Assembly: GCA_963699755.1 (NCBI GenBank)
Contig: CAVOVB010000001.1
Coordinates: 608,001 to 672,000, forward strand
Reading direction: 5' to 3'
Length of the DNA: 64,000 nucleotides
Origin: an uncultured delta proteobacterium
Lineage (GTDB): Bacteria; Myxococcota_A; Polyangia; Polyangiales; Houyiibacteriaceae
Shown: one piece after another, positions 9,562 through 18,977 of the stretch
Position numbering within the stretch: the first letter of the stretch is position 1
Layout: every line of letters starts with the position of its first letter
Notes under the pieces: model-generated
Told to the model about the DNA's origin: nothing
What the model saw: only the letters and a program-made list of their open reading frames with translations
Databases searched by the model: none
Program-made: the position numbers and the translations under genes

Positions 9562-10803
9562 TCAAAACGGAGGCAGCGTTCGAATCTTGATCGCGACGCC
9601 GAGCGTGAGAATGAGAAGTAGCAGCGTGCTGATTGCAAGCCCCCGGCGTCGGCCATCGAACGCTCGCAGCTGCGCGTATCCCACCTCCAATGCGGCCGCT
9701 TGGTTCTGGGAGATTTCGGAGACTTTTTCCTCCATCACGGGCTTCGAGAACGCATGAATCAAGGTGCGGGCCTGAAGGAGGCCCTGCCGCGCTGCCTGCT
9801 CGTAATCCTCTGCTTCGGTGACGTCCATGCCCTTCGTCTCGGCTTCGGCGAGCAAGTCATCGATCTCGTCGAAAGATCGTCGAACTGAACCGAGCGTATC
9901 GGCGTAGTAAAGTGCGAGATCCGATCCTTCATCACCGGTTTCGTGGCACTTGCGGCACGCGCCATCAGGCTCGTCGGCGAGCCAGTCGTCGGACACATGC
10001 GTGATGAGGTGCTTTCCGTGACATGCCACGCAGTCGGCAAGCGATTTCTCCTTGAAGTCCGGGGCCAAGGGACTCCCTAGAAACAGCTCGGCGTTGTAGC
10101 TGTGGCACGTGCCGCAGATGTTGCTGATCGCATCGATCGACGGAGGAGCCGCGCCGTGGTTGCCGTGGCAGTCATTGCAGGCCGGTGCCCCGCGCACGTC
10201 GTGCTTCTCGAGGAGCGCCTTTCCATGGACGCTCTGGGTGTACTCTTCGTATTGATCGGTTGGAATGTCGAAATCGCTCATGTACTCCGCGTCAGCGTGG
10301 CAATGCGCGCATGTCGCCGGAACGTTCTCGGCATAGACCGGCGACTTGGCATCGTTGACTTCCCGCACTCCATGGGCGTGATGGCAGCTCACGCACTGGG
10401 CCACTCGAGTTTCTCCCTTGGCGAGAAGCTTTCCATGCACGCTTGTCCTGTACTTCTCGAGCTGATCGATCGGCAAGAGCGGCTTGCGCGCCTTCATGTA
10501 CCCGATATCAGCGTGACAGCCGCCGCACGAGAGGACGATTTCTTGCGCAGAAAGTGTGCCACGATAGTTGGTGCCGCGACGTTTGGCGAGATGACTGTCC
10601 CCCTGCGTCGGATCGCCGCCGTGACATGCATCGCATCCAATTCCGGCATGCGCATGGACATCGTCCTGCCATAGCTCAGCCACCCCGTCATCGGTGGTGA
10701 GATGGCATTCCAGGCACTTGCCTCCAGGAAGCTCCTCGGCGCTTGCGCTCGAAGCAAGTGCGACAGACAACACGATCAGAGCGGAGACAAAAACGTTCTT
10801 CAT
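9562..10803 (-). CDS. Nonaheme cytochrome c with C-terminal coiled coil and TM anchor (cytochrome c subunit of the bc-type complex)
   Basis: Signal MKNVFVSALIVLSVALASSASA; 9 CxxCH; repeated YxxSVHGK; C-terminal hydrophobic helix. Confidence 0.9.
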   Translation of the reverse strand: MKNVFVSALIVLSVALASSASAEELPGGKCLECHLTTDDGVAELWQDDVHAHAGIGCDACHGGDPTQGDSHLAKRRGTNYRGTLSAQEIVLSCGGCHADIGYMKARKPLLPIDQLEKYRTSVHGKLLAKGETRVAQCVSCHHAHGVREVNDAKSPVYAENVPATCAHCHADAEYMSDFDIPTDQYEEYTQSVHGKALLEKHDVRGAPACNDCHGNHGAAPPSIDAISNICGTCHSYNAELFLGSPLAPDFKEKSLADCVACHGKHLITHVSDDWLADEPDGACRKCHETGDEGSDLALYYADTLGSVRRSFDEIDDLLAEAETKGMDVTEAEDYEQAARQGLLQARTLIHAFSKPVMEEKVSEISQNQAAALEVGYAQLRAFDGRRRGLAISTLLLLILTLGVAIKIRTLPPF

Positions 10804-11885
10804 GCGAAGTGCCCCCGATAGGTCATGATCGAGAGGAACAACAGTGCGGCGATGCCCGCAATCATGACGATGGTGGTGACCCGGCGACTCCGCCCTGTGT
10901 CGATCCACGGAACCAAGCACCAGAGGAGCCCGCCAAACGAAATCATCAGCAGCCCGAGCTTTTCTCCTTCAATCGGCCCGACATGGGCGGGCATGTATTT
11001 GAGAAACTCGAAGGTGGCGAGGAAGTACCACTCGGGCTTGATGCCCGCAGGAGCGGGAGCAAAGGGGTCGGCCTCGACGCCGAGCTCGGCGGGAAAGAAC
11101 ACGGCCAAAGCCGCCAACACGTTCAGCGTGATCAACCAGAACAGCAGCTCGCGCATGAAGAAGTGCGGGAAAAACGGCATCGTCTTCCGGCGGTCTGGCT
11201 GCGTTTCCCATACCTGCGGCTCGTGGATCCCCTGAAGCTGGATGAAGAAGAGATGGCCCGCGACGAAAAGGGTCAGCAACGCCGGAAAGAGGGCTACGTG
11301 AAGTGCGAAGAAACGGGGCAGCGTCGAACCCGTGACGTCTTCGCTACCACGCAGCACGTACATGATGGGCTTACCGATCAACGGGACGACCCCGACGATG
11401 TCGGTGCCCACTTTCGTTGCAAAAAAGGCGAGCTCGTTCCATGGCAAAAGATAGCCGCTGAACCCGAAGCCGAACAGAATCACGAGGAGCACGATCCCGG
11501 AGAGCCAGGTGAGCTCACGCGGCTTTCGATACGCGCGCATGAAGAACACGCTGAACATGTGGATGCACGCAGAGAGGATCATCAGGTTCGCCGACCAGGC
11601 ATGCACCGATCGAATGAGCCAGCCAAACGGAACCTTGGCGGAAATGAATCGCACGCTCTCGAAAGCCGTGTCGGCGCTTCCCTTGTAGTAGAACATCAAC
11701 ATGATTCCCGTTCCCACCTGAATGAGGAACAGAAAGAGCGTGATGCCACCGAAGTAGTACCAAAACGCGCCCCTGCCGACCGGCACGGTCTTGTGCTTGG
11801 CCCACTCCTGAAACTGCGCGATGGGGTAGCGGTCTTTTGCCCAGCCGAAGAAGGAACGCTTAGGATTTCTGGGTGACATAGACAT
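10800..11885 (-). CDS. Cytochrome b subunit of a Rieske/cytochrome b complex
   Basis: GWLIRSVHAWSAN, HMFSVF, GYLLPW, RFFALHV, PEWY motif. Confidence 0.93.
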   Translation of the reverse strand: MSMSPRNPKRSFFGWAKDRYPIAQFQEWAKHKTVPVGRGAFWYYFGGITLFLFLIQVGTGIMLMFYYKGSADTAFESVRFISAKVPFGWLIRSVHAWSANLMILSACIHMFSVFFMRAYRKPRELTWLSGIVLLVILFGFGFSGYLLPWNELAFFATKVGTDIVGVVPLIGKPIMYVLRGSEDVTGSTLPRFFALHVALFPALLTLFVAGHLFFIQLQGIHEPQVWETQPDRRKTMPFFPHFFMRELLFWLITLNVLAALAVFFPAELGVEADPFAPAPAGIKPEWYFLATFEFLKYMPAHVGPIEGEKLGLLMISFGGLLWCLVPWIDTGRSRRVTTIVMIAGIAALLFLSIMTYRGHFA

Positions 11886-12291
11886 CGTCCCCCTGCGTGT
11901 GCACTTCGAGGGCGTCCAGCGGCCGCGGCGGCGGGCCCGACACGTTGGTTCCGTTCAAGTCATAGACCCCGTTGTGACAGGCACACCAGATGTCCTCTTT
12001 CTCGGAGCGGTACTGCACCGTGCAATCGAGGTGGGTGCACTGGGCGAGATATGCAGCGAAGTTACCGTCGGGTCGGCGCACCAGAAGGGCCGGCTTTCGG
12101 CCAAACTTGAACACCTTCCCCGAGTTCGGCTCCATTTCCGTGAGCGTCGTTGCCTTCACCGAAGAAACCGCCGCTTCTTGCTCAGGGGGCGGGCTCAAGA
12201 AACGAAGCACCGGATAGATGACCGAACCAAGCCAGGCGAAGGTGCTTCCCCCGAGAAACCAATTGAGAATCGACCGCCGGTCAAACTTCAT
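11860..12291 (-). CDS. Rieske [2Fe-2S] subunit
   Basis: Tat-like DRRSIL, CTHLDC, CACHNGVYD, GPPPRPL. Confidence 0.93.
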   Translation of the reverse strand: MKFDRRSILNWFLGGSTFAWLGSVIYPVLRFLSPPPEQEAAVSSVKATTLTEMEPNSGKVFKFGRKPALLVRRPDGNFAAYLAQCTHLDCTVQYRSEKEDIWCACHNGVYDLNGTNVSGPPPRPLDALEVHTQGDDVYVTQKS

Positions 12292-12353
12292 CAGGCTCGC
12301 CTCTCCGCCAACTGCGGCCGAGCCTATCGGATTTCGCGACCGAATCGCAACGA

Positions 12354-13415
12354 TTATCGAAACGCGTCGACGCGTCCGTTGATATGCGGAGCTTCGATGG
12401 TCAGCCGAGTACCGGCGGCGTTGATGCCCACGTGGCAGTTGTTGCATGCGATCTTCGCGTGGCCCACCGGCGGATTCTGGTGGCAGGAGTTGCACTCCAG
12501 TGCGAGCCCCTCTTCATCCCAAGCGACGACAGGCGTGGTGCCACCGCGCACATGGCAGCTGGTGGCGCAGACACGGGTCTCGGGATCGTAGCTCGCGTCG
12601 GGTCCCCAGGCGGGCTGGAAGACCACGTCGATGTCACCGTTGGCGTGGCGTCCGCCGAGCATCGAGTAGTCCTCCCCGAAGTGGCACGCCTGGCAGTCGA
12701 GGCCGCGCGGGTTGTTCGCTGAGGACTGCACGTGAGGCGCATGAGCGTAGCCCGCGGGTGGCCCAGGAAAGTAGCACTGGTCTCGCGGCGGATAGGGACG
12801 CAGGCCATCTCCGTGGCAGGTTCCGCACGCCATGACACCACCCGGTACGTCGTGACAATCGGTGCAATCGGTGGCGCCAGGCGGGTAGATGGTCACCTCC
12901 TCGACCGGCGCCGGTGACCCCGCATGACAAAGACCACAAGCATCAGTCCGCTCGGAGTCGATGATGGGCTGCCAGTCGGTCTCTCCCAGGTAGCTGCCGT
13001 GCCAATCGGCGGCACGCGGATCGGTCCACTGGCCAGGGTGGGTGCTTCTCGCATCGGGAAAAGCGCCGTCGCTGACCCAGGTCCTCAGGGTAAACGCATC
13101 GTCGGCATCGAGCAGGTCCGAGTGACTCGGCTCCTGAAGCACGGCGAGGATCGGCGCCATCTGATCAGGCGGCGAGGTCGCCGGCTGCCCTTCGGGGTCG
13201 GGGATACATCGGATGGTCGTGAAATAGTCCTCGACCCGATAGTCAGCTTCCGCGCCTGGGCCGCTGTGGCACCCCAAGCAGCGCTCTTGGAGAATCGGAT
13301 TTACATCCGCAAACACGACCGGCGGTTGGTCGCGATCGCGCGCCTCGTTGCAGCCAAGAACCGCAACGTTGAACCACACGAGCCCGGCAAGCCAAACGCT
13401 CGTCCCGCCCCTCAT
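12354..13415 (-). CDS. Multiheme cytochrome c lipoprotein (7 CxxCH + CX3CH)
   Basis: Lipobox VLGC; ATGA overlap with the upstream gene; CATSCH; ends HINGRVD. Confidence 0.88.
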   Translation of the reverse strand: MRGGTSVWLAGLVWFNVAVLGCNEARDRDQPPVVFADVNPILQERCLGCHSGPGAEADYRVEDYFTTIRCIPDPEGQPATSPPDQMAPILAVLQEPSHSDLLDADDAFTLRTWVSDGAFPDARSTHPGQWTDPRAADWHGSYLGETDWQPIIDSERTDACGLCHAGSPAPVEEVTIYPPGATDCTDCHDVPGGVMACGTCHGDGLRPYPPRDQCYFPGPPAGYAHAPHVQSSANNPRGLDCQACHFGEDYSMLGGRHANGDIDVVFQPAWGPDASYDPETRVCATSCHVRGGTTPVVAWDEEGLALECNSCHQNPPVGHAKIACNNCHVGINAAGTRLTIEAPHINGRVDAFR

Positions 13416-15499
13416 GGCGCGGGGGGGTTGGGCAGTAGGTTGGCATGGCAGGTGCCGCACGCGTTGGTGAAAGCGACAGGCTGCTCAAGCGGCTCACCAA
13501 CCTCCCGCCAACGGGTCATCGTCAACCGATGGCTCGCGATGTCGTTCCAGAAGTACTGGACGGGCAGCGATACGCTCGAGCCTGGATCGAAAAGCGCGGG
13601 CACTCCTGCGCCGGAGCGGGCGGTCGGCACCAGATGGCAGTCGGCGCAGAGGAGCCCGAATCCGGTGTGGACCGTATTGCCGGTCGCGAATTGGACGTGA
13701 GCATCCAAGTTGCCCGATTCCGCCAAATCGCTGTGGCAGGTGGTGCACAGAGCGTTGGGATTGCCCGAGGTGTCCGTGGAAGCGATGTCGGCATCGTTGG
13801 CGTGCGGGCTGTGGCAGTTCGTGCAAGATACGAGCCTGGATCCGTTTCGGTAGTGCTTCGATTCTAGGTGTCCGGAGTACTGCTGATAGTCCGCCCGCGG
13901 GTCGCCTGAGGCATAGAAGTCATCCGGCGCGCCGCTGACGCGCGACGTATGAAGGAGGGCGAAATCGCGACGGCGGATACCGGCCGGCGGCATCTCGTCA
14001 TCGGCCGAGAGCGGCAACCCGGTCATGCCCCCACCGATGCCGAGGGGTCGCGAGTGGCAGGTTCCGCAAAGCGCCGCCCGGCGACCCGGAGTCAAGAGCC
14101 CGGGGGACACCATGAACCTGCCATTCGGGCTTGGCGTCAGATGGTCCGAACCCGGGCCGTGACACGACTCGCAGCCGACGTTGATGAGCTCCAGCCTACC
14201 GTCGCCGTCATAATCAAACGCACCAGCCGAATCGACGACGGCGCTCGCAGACCAACCGTCCGCCTCGCTACCGCTCAGATCGTAGCCCGTGAAGTGACAG
14301 CCCGCACAGTTGTTGTCGAAAGACTCGCCTGAGGGAGGTGAGAAGTCCGGATCACGAAGTAGGTCGGAGCTGAAGTCGTACCAAAGGTCGGATCGGTAGT
14401 CGCGCCAGGGCCAGTCATTCGAGCTGCCGTTGCCCGGAAGGCTCCCGTTGTCGAAGTCGCCCTCGTAGTTGTATTGCATGGGGAGCAGGAAGTAACTGAG
14501 GCTGCCGTCCCTGTTGCTCCGGCGCGCTAGATACTGTTGCGTGCCCAAGGCTCCTCCGTAGGTGAGGACGACATCGTAGCTATGCGTGGGCTGCGCGTTG
14601 ACGAGATTCTCTACTTCAATGAAGTAGGCGCCGATCGCGCCGACCGGCTTGTTTGAGTCCCGCCGCAAGTCGATTCGAAATCTCGTGCTTGAGCCCGGAT
14701 CCTGAATCTGCACCTTGCAGCTCGACGGATCGGCATGCGTCGAGGCCGACGCATCGCAATCGTAGTAGTAGAGGGACGTGCCCGCCTCGAACGCCGCCAA
14801 TCCGGCATAGAAACCAGGCCAAGGCTCGACGTCTTGCAAAATCGAGGGCGCACCTGGTACCTGAAGGCCTACGTTGTGCGCGGTTCGGGAGGTGGTGTTG
14901 AGGGCATGACAGCCCAAACAGGTCGATGAGCCGACGTAGGTTGCTCGCTCGCTCGGCTGAGGGCTCACGCGGATGTCCAGCTGCATGCCGATCAGTGACG
15001 CAGTATCGATGGCGACGCTGCTGTTGTCACCGCCTGGCAAGTGCACGCTGTCATCCTCCGCGGGTGTCCAAACGACGAAGTAATTTCCCTCGGGAAGCGT
15101 TTCGAACCGGTATTCGCCGGATTCGTCGACCGCGGCCTGCTCGTAGTCTGCGCCGGCGTCGAGGAGGTCTTCGATCGGTTCGTCGACTTCGAGCATCGCA
15201 GTCGCCTCCGGCGACAAGGAGATATCGATCCGCGTCTCCGACAGCGCCTCGACGTCGCTTGCAGGCACGAGGTAGACAGTGCCGCCGGGCACCGGGAGCA
15301 TGCTCGGCTCCATGACCCGGCCCACCAAGCCCTCCAGCTCGGGATCGATCCCAGCGTCCGGCGTCGCTCCTGGAGGCCCTTGTGGCCCCTCCGGGCCCTC
15401 TGGCCCTTGCTCGCCCGTGTCACCCTTGCAGGCGCCGATCATGAGACATGTGCAGACGAGAAGCGGGAGCCACGAGAACCGTGAGATGGAAAGCATCAT
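13412..15499 (-). CDS. Octaheme cytochrome c lipoprotein with collagen-like G-X-Y stretch and beta-sandwich N-domain
   Basis: IGAC lipobox; GEQGPEGPEGPQGPPG; YVGSSTCLGCH, VGCESCHGPGS; 8 CxxCH. Confidence 0.88.
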   Translation of the reverse strand: MMLSISRFSWLPLLVCTCLMIGACKGDTGEQGPEGPEGPQGPPGATPDAGIDPELEGLVGRVMEPSMLPVPGGTVYLVPASDVEALSETRIDISLSPEATAMLEVDEPIEDLLDAGADYEQAAVDESGEYRFETLPEGNYFVVWTPAEDDSVHLPGGDNSSVAIDTASLIGMQLDIRVSPQPSERATYVGSSTCLGCHALNTTSRTAHNVGLQVPGAPSILQDVEPWPGFYAGLAAFEAGTSLYYYDCDASASTHADPSSCKVQIQDPGSSTRFRIDLRRDSNKPVGAIGAYFIEVENLVNAQPTHSYDVVLTYGGALGTQQYLARRSNRDGSLSYFLLPMQYNYEGDFDNGSLPGNGSSNDWPWRDYRSDLWYDFSSDLLRDPDFSPPSGESFDNNCAGCHFTGYDLSGSEADGWSASAVVDSAGAFDYDGDGRLELINVGCESCHGPGSDHLTPSPNGRFMVSPGLLTPGRRAALCGTCHSRPLGIGGGMTGLPLSADDEMPPAGIRRRDFALLHTSRVSGAPDDFYASGDPRADYQQYSGHLESKHYRNGSRLVSCTNCHSPHANDADIASTDTSGNPNALCTTCHSDLAESGNLDAHVQFATGNTVHTGFGLLCADCHLVPTARSGAGVPALFDPGSSVSLPVQYFWNDIASHRLTMTRWREVGEPLEQPVAFTNACGTCHANLLPNPPAP

Positions 15500-15590
15500 C
15501 CGGATAATATGCAACCGGGGCAGGCCTTCAAGCGAAGACATGCCCCGGACCGCTGTTTCTGGGCTTCGATGGCCCTATGCGTCCCGCTGG

Positions 15591-18134
15591 CTAAGGCCGA
15601 GTGACGCTCGGTGTCCCACCCATTTTGACGATGGAATCGACGAGGATCTGCTTGATGTAGGCCCCGTTGTGTATGTACGCGCCTGGGTCCTTCGCGGCCA
15701 CCTGGTAGTTGTAGGCCGCGGTCAGCATGTCGAAGTCGAAGTCGAGGTATCGGTTGGGATAAATCGCTGGCACGCCACCCTTGAACCAGTATGGGTAGGC
15801 GACCGGGTCGTACTGCACCGGCGAGTCCTTGGGCAGCCCCGTAGAGGGATTGCCCGTTGTGGCGTACGCCTGGATCGCTGCCAGCAGCTCGGCTTTCAGG
15901 GTCTCAATGTCTTCGAAGTTCGTGTTCAGCGAGCCGCTCATCGTTGGGAAGCTGCTGCCAATGTGGCAGCCGTTGCAGTCCGCGACCTTGGGCAAGAAGG
16001 TATGCTTCTTGTCCTGGGCGTCGTCGGCGTTCATGTGACAGCCGATACAATCGATGAGACCCGCAGCAATCGGCAGCTGCGTGTGTGTAAGGAAGCGGTT
16101 CTTACCGAGGTAGCTCTCTCCCTCATACTGGTATCCACCCCGCACATCGTTGCCGAAGAAGGTCGCCCCGACGGCATAGTAGTGGATATTGATGAAGCTG
16201 TAGGAATCGTAATCCTCGTTCTCACCGTTTGGCACCGCTGCATTCACACTATCGGTCGAGGCATTGCCCTGGTGACAGGTGATGCAGATGTTGCTGGCGT
16301 TGTTGAGCGTAGCTGTCTCGCCAGACGGAAACGCGACCGGTTCGAGCCGTGGGTTGGTGCCGACGGCGGCATAGCGCGTCTCCGCGTTGGCGAAGAGGTT
16401 CGGATCGTTGTGACAGGATGTGCAACCCACCGCAGTCAAGGGCAGCTGGGGAGTCAGTGACCCACCCATCGCGTAGATGCCGAAGCCGTTGGCGTTGTGG
16501 CACTTCGTGCACGTGGCCTCCACCTCGAGCTCCGGATCCCAGTGACGGAAGACCTCGGAGCCGGAGTCGCCATGGCCGCTGATCTGCCATTGCTCGGTCT
16601 TGGAGGCCGATCCAATGGCCGAGCCGTCGAGCGTCAGGTTGCCTCGACCGATCACCGGGACGGCGGAGGTTCCACCGAGGTCCACGATCGAATCGTACAG
16701 GATTTGCTGGAGGTAGGTCCCGTTGTGGATGAACCCATTCGGGTCTTCCTGGGTGACCTGGTAGTTGTACGCAGCAGAAAGAAGGGCTGCATCGAAGTCT
16801 TCGTACGCGTTGGAGCGGCCACAAGCCATCCCGTTGTCGTAGCAGAATCGGCCGTCATAGATGATGGGCTCTCCGATGACGGTGTCTGCGTAGTCTTGGA
16901 TCTCCGCATAGAGCTCTGCCTGCAGTGCCTGAATGTTGTCGTAGTTCCGCTTGGGCGAGCCGTCGAGCGTCTGGAAGCTCGTGCCGCCGTGGCAGTCGAT
17001 GCAGGTGTCGACAGCCGGGATCCAGGTGTGATTCTCGCCGTTCTCGGCGTTGGTCATGTGACAGCCCTCGCAGGTCGACAGATCATCGGGGTGCGATGGG
17101 AAGGTGTTGCGGGTGACGTACTCGTTGCCCTCGTACTGATACCCTGGATTGGCTTCACTTCCGAACAAGCTTGCAGCCGCGCCAAAGTGGTGGATGCTGA
17201 CGGCCTCGTACGGCCCTGGGCCCGCGTCGATCTCCTGCTGCACTGACCTGCCGGACTCACGCCCCTGGTGACAGACCAGGCACATGTTGCTGCTGCCAAA
17301 GAGTGAGAGGTGCGCATCTTCGGGGAGCTCGTCCACGGGAAACTGCACGGGCTCGAGCGCAGCGAAGGACGGGTTATAGTAGCTCGAGGGCGAGCCGGTG
17401 TGGCAAGCCACACACTCGAGACCAAGTGACGGCGCGTTGGCTTGAGTCACCAGACCGTCAGGCGCATAGTCGAGGAAACCCGCCGCGGAGTGGCACTGGG
17501 CGCAACCGGTGGAAACGGGGCCCGGATCAAAGCGACGCCACGTTCCTGCTGTCAAGTCGCCGTGTCCGCTCGTTGCCCACTGCTCGTAGATCTCGGACGC
17601 GGGTCCACTGGCTAGGGTGTAGCCTTCGGACTCCTCGCCTGTGTCTGCGGGAGAGGGAGCACCGCCGGCGCCACCTGCACCGCCCGCGCCGGAGGCGATC
17701 GCTCTAAACTTCAGCACTGTGGTCTCGGTGAGCGTGATCGGCCCGGCGTACGCTGGGCTCGGGTTGTCAGGGTCTGCAGGGTCGACGTCCGTGAGATCGG
17801 TGGTGAAGTAAATGGTCGCGCCAGCGCTCTCGGGTCCGCTGGCGATCAGCCTGACCGTGATGTTTGGATCGAACGTCCTCCCGGAGGGATCCGCATTGAC
17901 GCAGAGGTCTTCCACGCACGCGGGGATGCTGCCGCCCGTGCCGCCCGTGCCGCCTTCGCCGCCGCCGCCGCTACCCGCAGAGCCACCGCTACCCGCGGAG
18001 CCACCGCTTCCTGCGGAGCCGCCGCTTCCCGCAGCGCCGCCGCCGTCGTCGGAGCTACAACCCATCACTGCGACCGTGAACGACAACATCGCGAACAACA
18101 CGCAACGCGAAACCAAAGACTTATTCATTTGCAT
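15591..18134 (-). CDS. Decaheme outer-surface lipoprotein cytochrome, tandem 5-heme modules (OmcB/polyheme-like)
   Basis: VMGC lipobox, (AGSGGS)n linker, Fn3/CHB_HEX_C-like IYFTTD...YAGPITL; two repeats each ending AAYNYQ...DPxx(F/Y)IHNGxY..QIL.DSI. Confidence 0.88.
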   Translation of the reverse strand: MQMNKSLVSRCVLFAMLSFTVAVMGCSSDDGGGAAGSGGSAGSGGSAGSGGSAGSGGGGEGGTGGTGGSIPACVEDLCVNADPSGRTFDPNITVRLIASGPESAGATIYFTTDLTDVDPADPDNPSPAYAGPITLTETTVLKFRAIASGAGGAGGAGGAPSPADTGEESEGYTLASGPASEIYEQWATSGHGDLTAGTWRRFDPGPVSTGCAQCHSAAGFLDYAPDGLVTQANAPSLGLECVACHTGSPSSYYNPSFAALEPVQFPVDELPEDAHLSLFGSSNMCLVCHQGRESGRSVQQEIDAGPGPYEAVSIHHFGAAASLFGSEANPGYQYEGNEYVTRNTFPSHPDDLSTCEGCHMTNAENGENHTWIPAVDTCIDCHGGTSFQTLDGSPKRNYDNIQALQAELYAEIQDYADTVIGEPIIYDGRFCYDNGMACGRSNAYEDFDAALLSAAYNYQVTQEDPNGFIHNGTYLQQILYDSIVDLGGTSAVPVIGRGNLTLDGSAIGSASKTEQWQISGHGDSGSEVFRHWDPELEVEATCTKCHNANGFGIYAMGGSLTPQLPLTAVGCTSCHNDPNLFANAETRYAAVGTNPRLEPVAFPSGETATLNNASNICITCHQGNASTDSVNAAVPNGENEDYDSYSFINIHYYAVGATFFGNDVRGGYQYEGESYLGKNRFLTHTQLPIAAGLIDCIGCHMNADDAQDKKHTFLPKVADCNGCHIGSSFPTMSGSLNTNFEDIETLKAELLAAIQAYATTGNPSTGLPKDSPVQYDPVAYPYWFKGGVPAIYPNRYLDFDFDMLTAAYNYQVAAKDPGAYIHNGAYIKQILVDSIVKMGGTPSVTRP

Positions 18135-18254
18135 GGCCCTCTCACCAATCTCCACCCGATGCTGGACGTGCTGATTCTGTACAATTCGCACGAGAAATCA
18201 AAGGATTGTCACTGAAAAACGTTTTCAACAACCGATACCGATCGCTGCCTTCAC

Positions 18255-18277
18255 GTGCGCGCAAAATCTGCGCGCAC
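18255..18277. promoter_or_regulatory. Perfect 9-bp inverted repeat in the leader of the cytochrome operon (operator or RNA hairpin)
   Basis: gtgcgcgca-aaatc-tgcgcgcac. Confidence 0.5.
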
Positions 18278-18350
18278 AAACTTATTATGCGCGTCGTACT
18301 TGCGGCGTCGGCAGACATCATCTGGGAATCCTCATCTGGTGCGCTTGCTA

Positions 18351-18366
18351 TGCAAGCGCGGTACCA
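18351..18366 (-). promoter_or_regulatory. Putative sigma54 -24/-12 promoter for the multiheme operon
   Basis: Minus strand TGGTACCGCGCTTGCA (GG-N10-GC). Confidence 0.6.
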
Positions 18367-18377
18367 AGTTGAAGCGC

Positions 18378-18902
18378 TCACTCCTGGTCGACGACGCCCA
18401 CTGCAACCGGTGCGTCGAGCGCGTCGACGCATGCACGGTCGATCAGGCTACGCATGACATGCATCTGTTCAGCGCCGAGACCCTGACCGATCAAGGTCGC
18501 TCCGTACACGAAACCGAAAAGCGCGACCGACGCGGGCACGATCCAAAACGCCCAGGGCGACTGACCCAGCGTCAGCTGAACGATGCCGTACGAGAATCCG
18601 CCGAGCGCAGCGATCGCCAGCAAAATGTAGACGCCCATGAACATCGTCCAGACGTTTGGATGCGGCGAAAAGCGGCCGCGAATCGCCGAGCCGTCCGGCT
18701 CGTCTTCGACTTCGAGGTTGAGATACGGTGACCAAAACGTACGCTCTCCGTCGCGCATCAAGACGACCGCATGTTTCTGAAAGACCTGACCACGCAGCGA
18801 GCCCGGGGCGTTTTGAAGCTGCGATTTCAGCGCGCCGAGCCAGCGCTCACGCTCCACTGGGAGCTGTAGCTCGAACCGAGGTCGCATGCGTGGGGGCGCC
18901 AT
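18378..18902 (-). CDS. Hypothetical membrane protein (2 TM)
   Basis: 174 aa ORF; FWSPYL, GRFSPHPNVWT then two hydrophobic helices. Confidence 0.75.
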   Translation of the reverse strand: MAPPRMRPRFELQLPVERERWLGALKSQLQNAPGSLRGQVFQKHAVVLMRDGERTFWSPYLNLEVEDEPDGSAIRGRFSPHPNVWTMFMGVYILLAIAALGGFSYGIVQLTLGQSPWAFWIVPASVALFGFVYGATLIGQGLGAEQMHVMRSLIDRACVDALDAPVAVGVVDQE

Positions 18903-18977
18903 ACGGGTGAGGATACCGGATTCATTCTCCGAACCGACGCGAAAAAAATGCGCGTGATCGCTGGCCTTCGCTCGAGG

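Noticed and set aside
17930..18045. GC-rich tandem repeat as a mobile or regulatory element
   Set aside because: It encodes the (AGSGGS)n linker of the lipoprotein cytochrome
18135..18345. c-di-GMP/cGAMP (GEMM-I) riboswitch in the cytochrome operon leader
   Set aside because: No GGCAAA/GAAA-tetraloop/GACGCAAA pattern visible by eye; an Rfam scan is needed to exclude it fully
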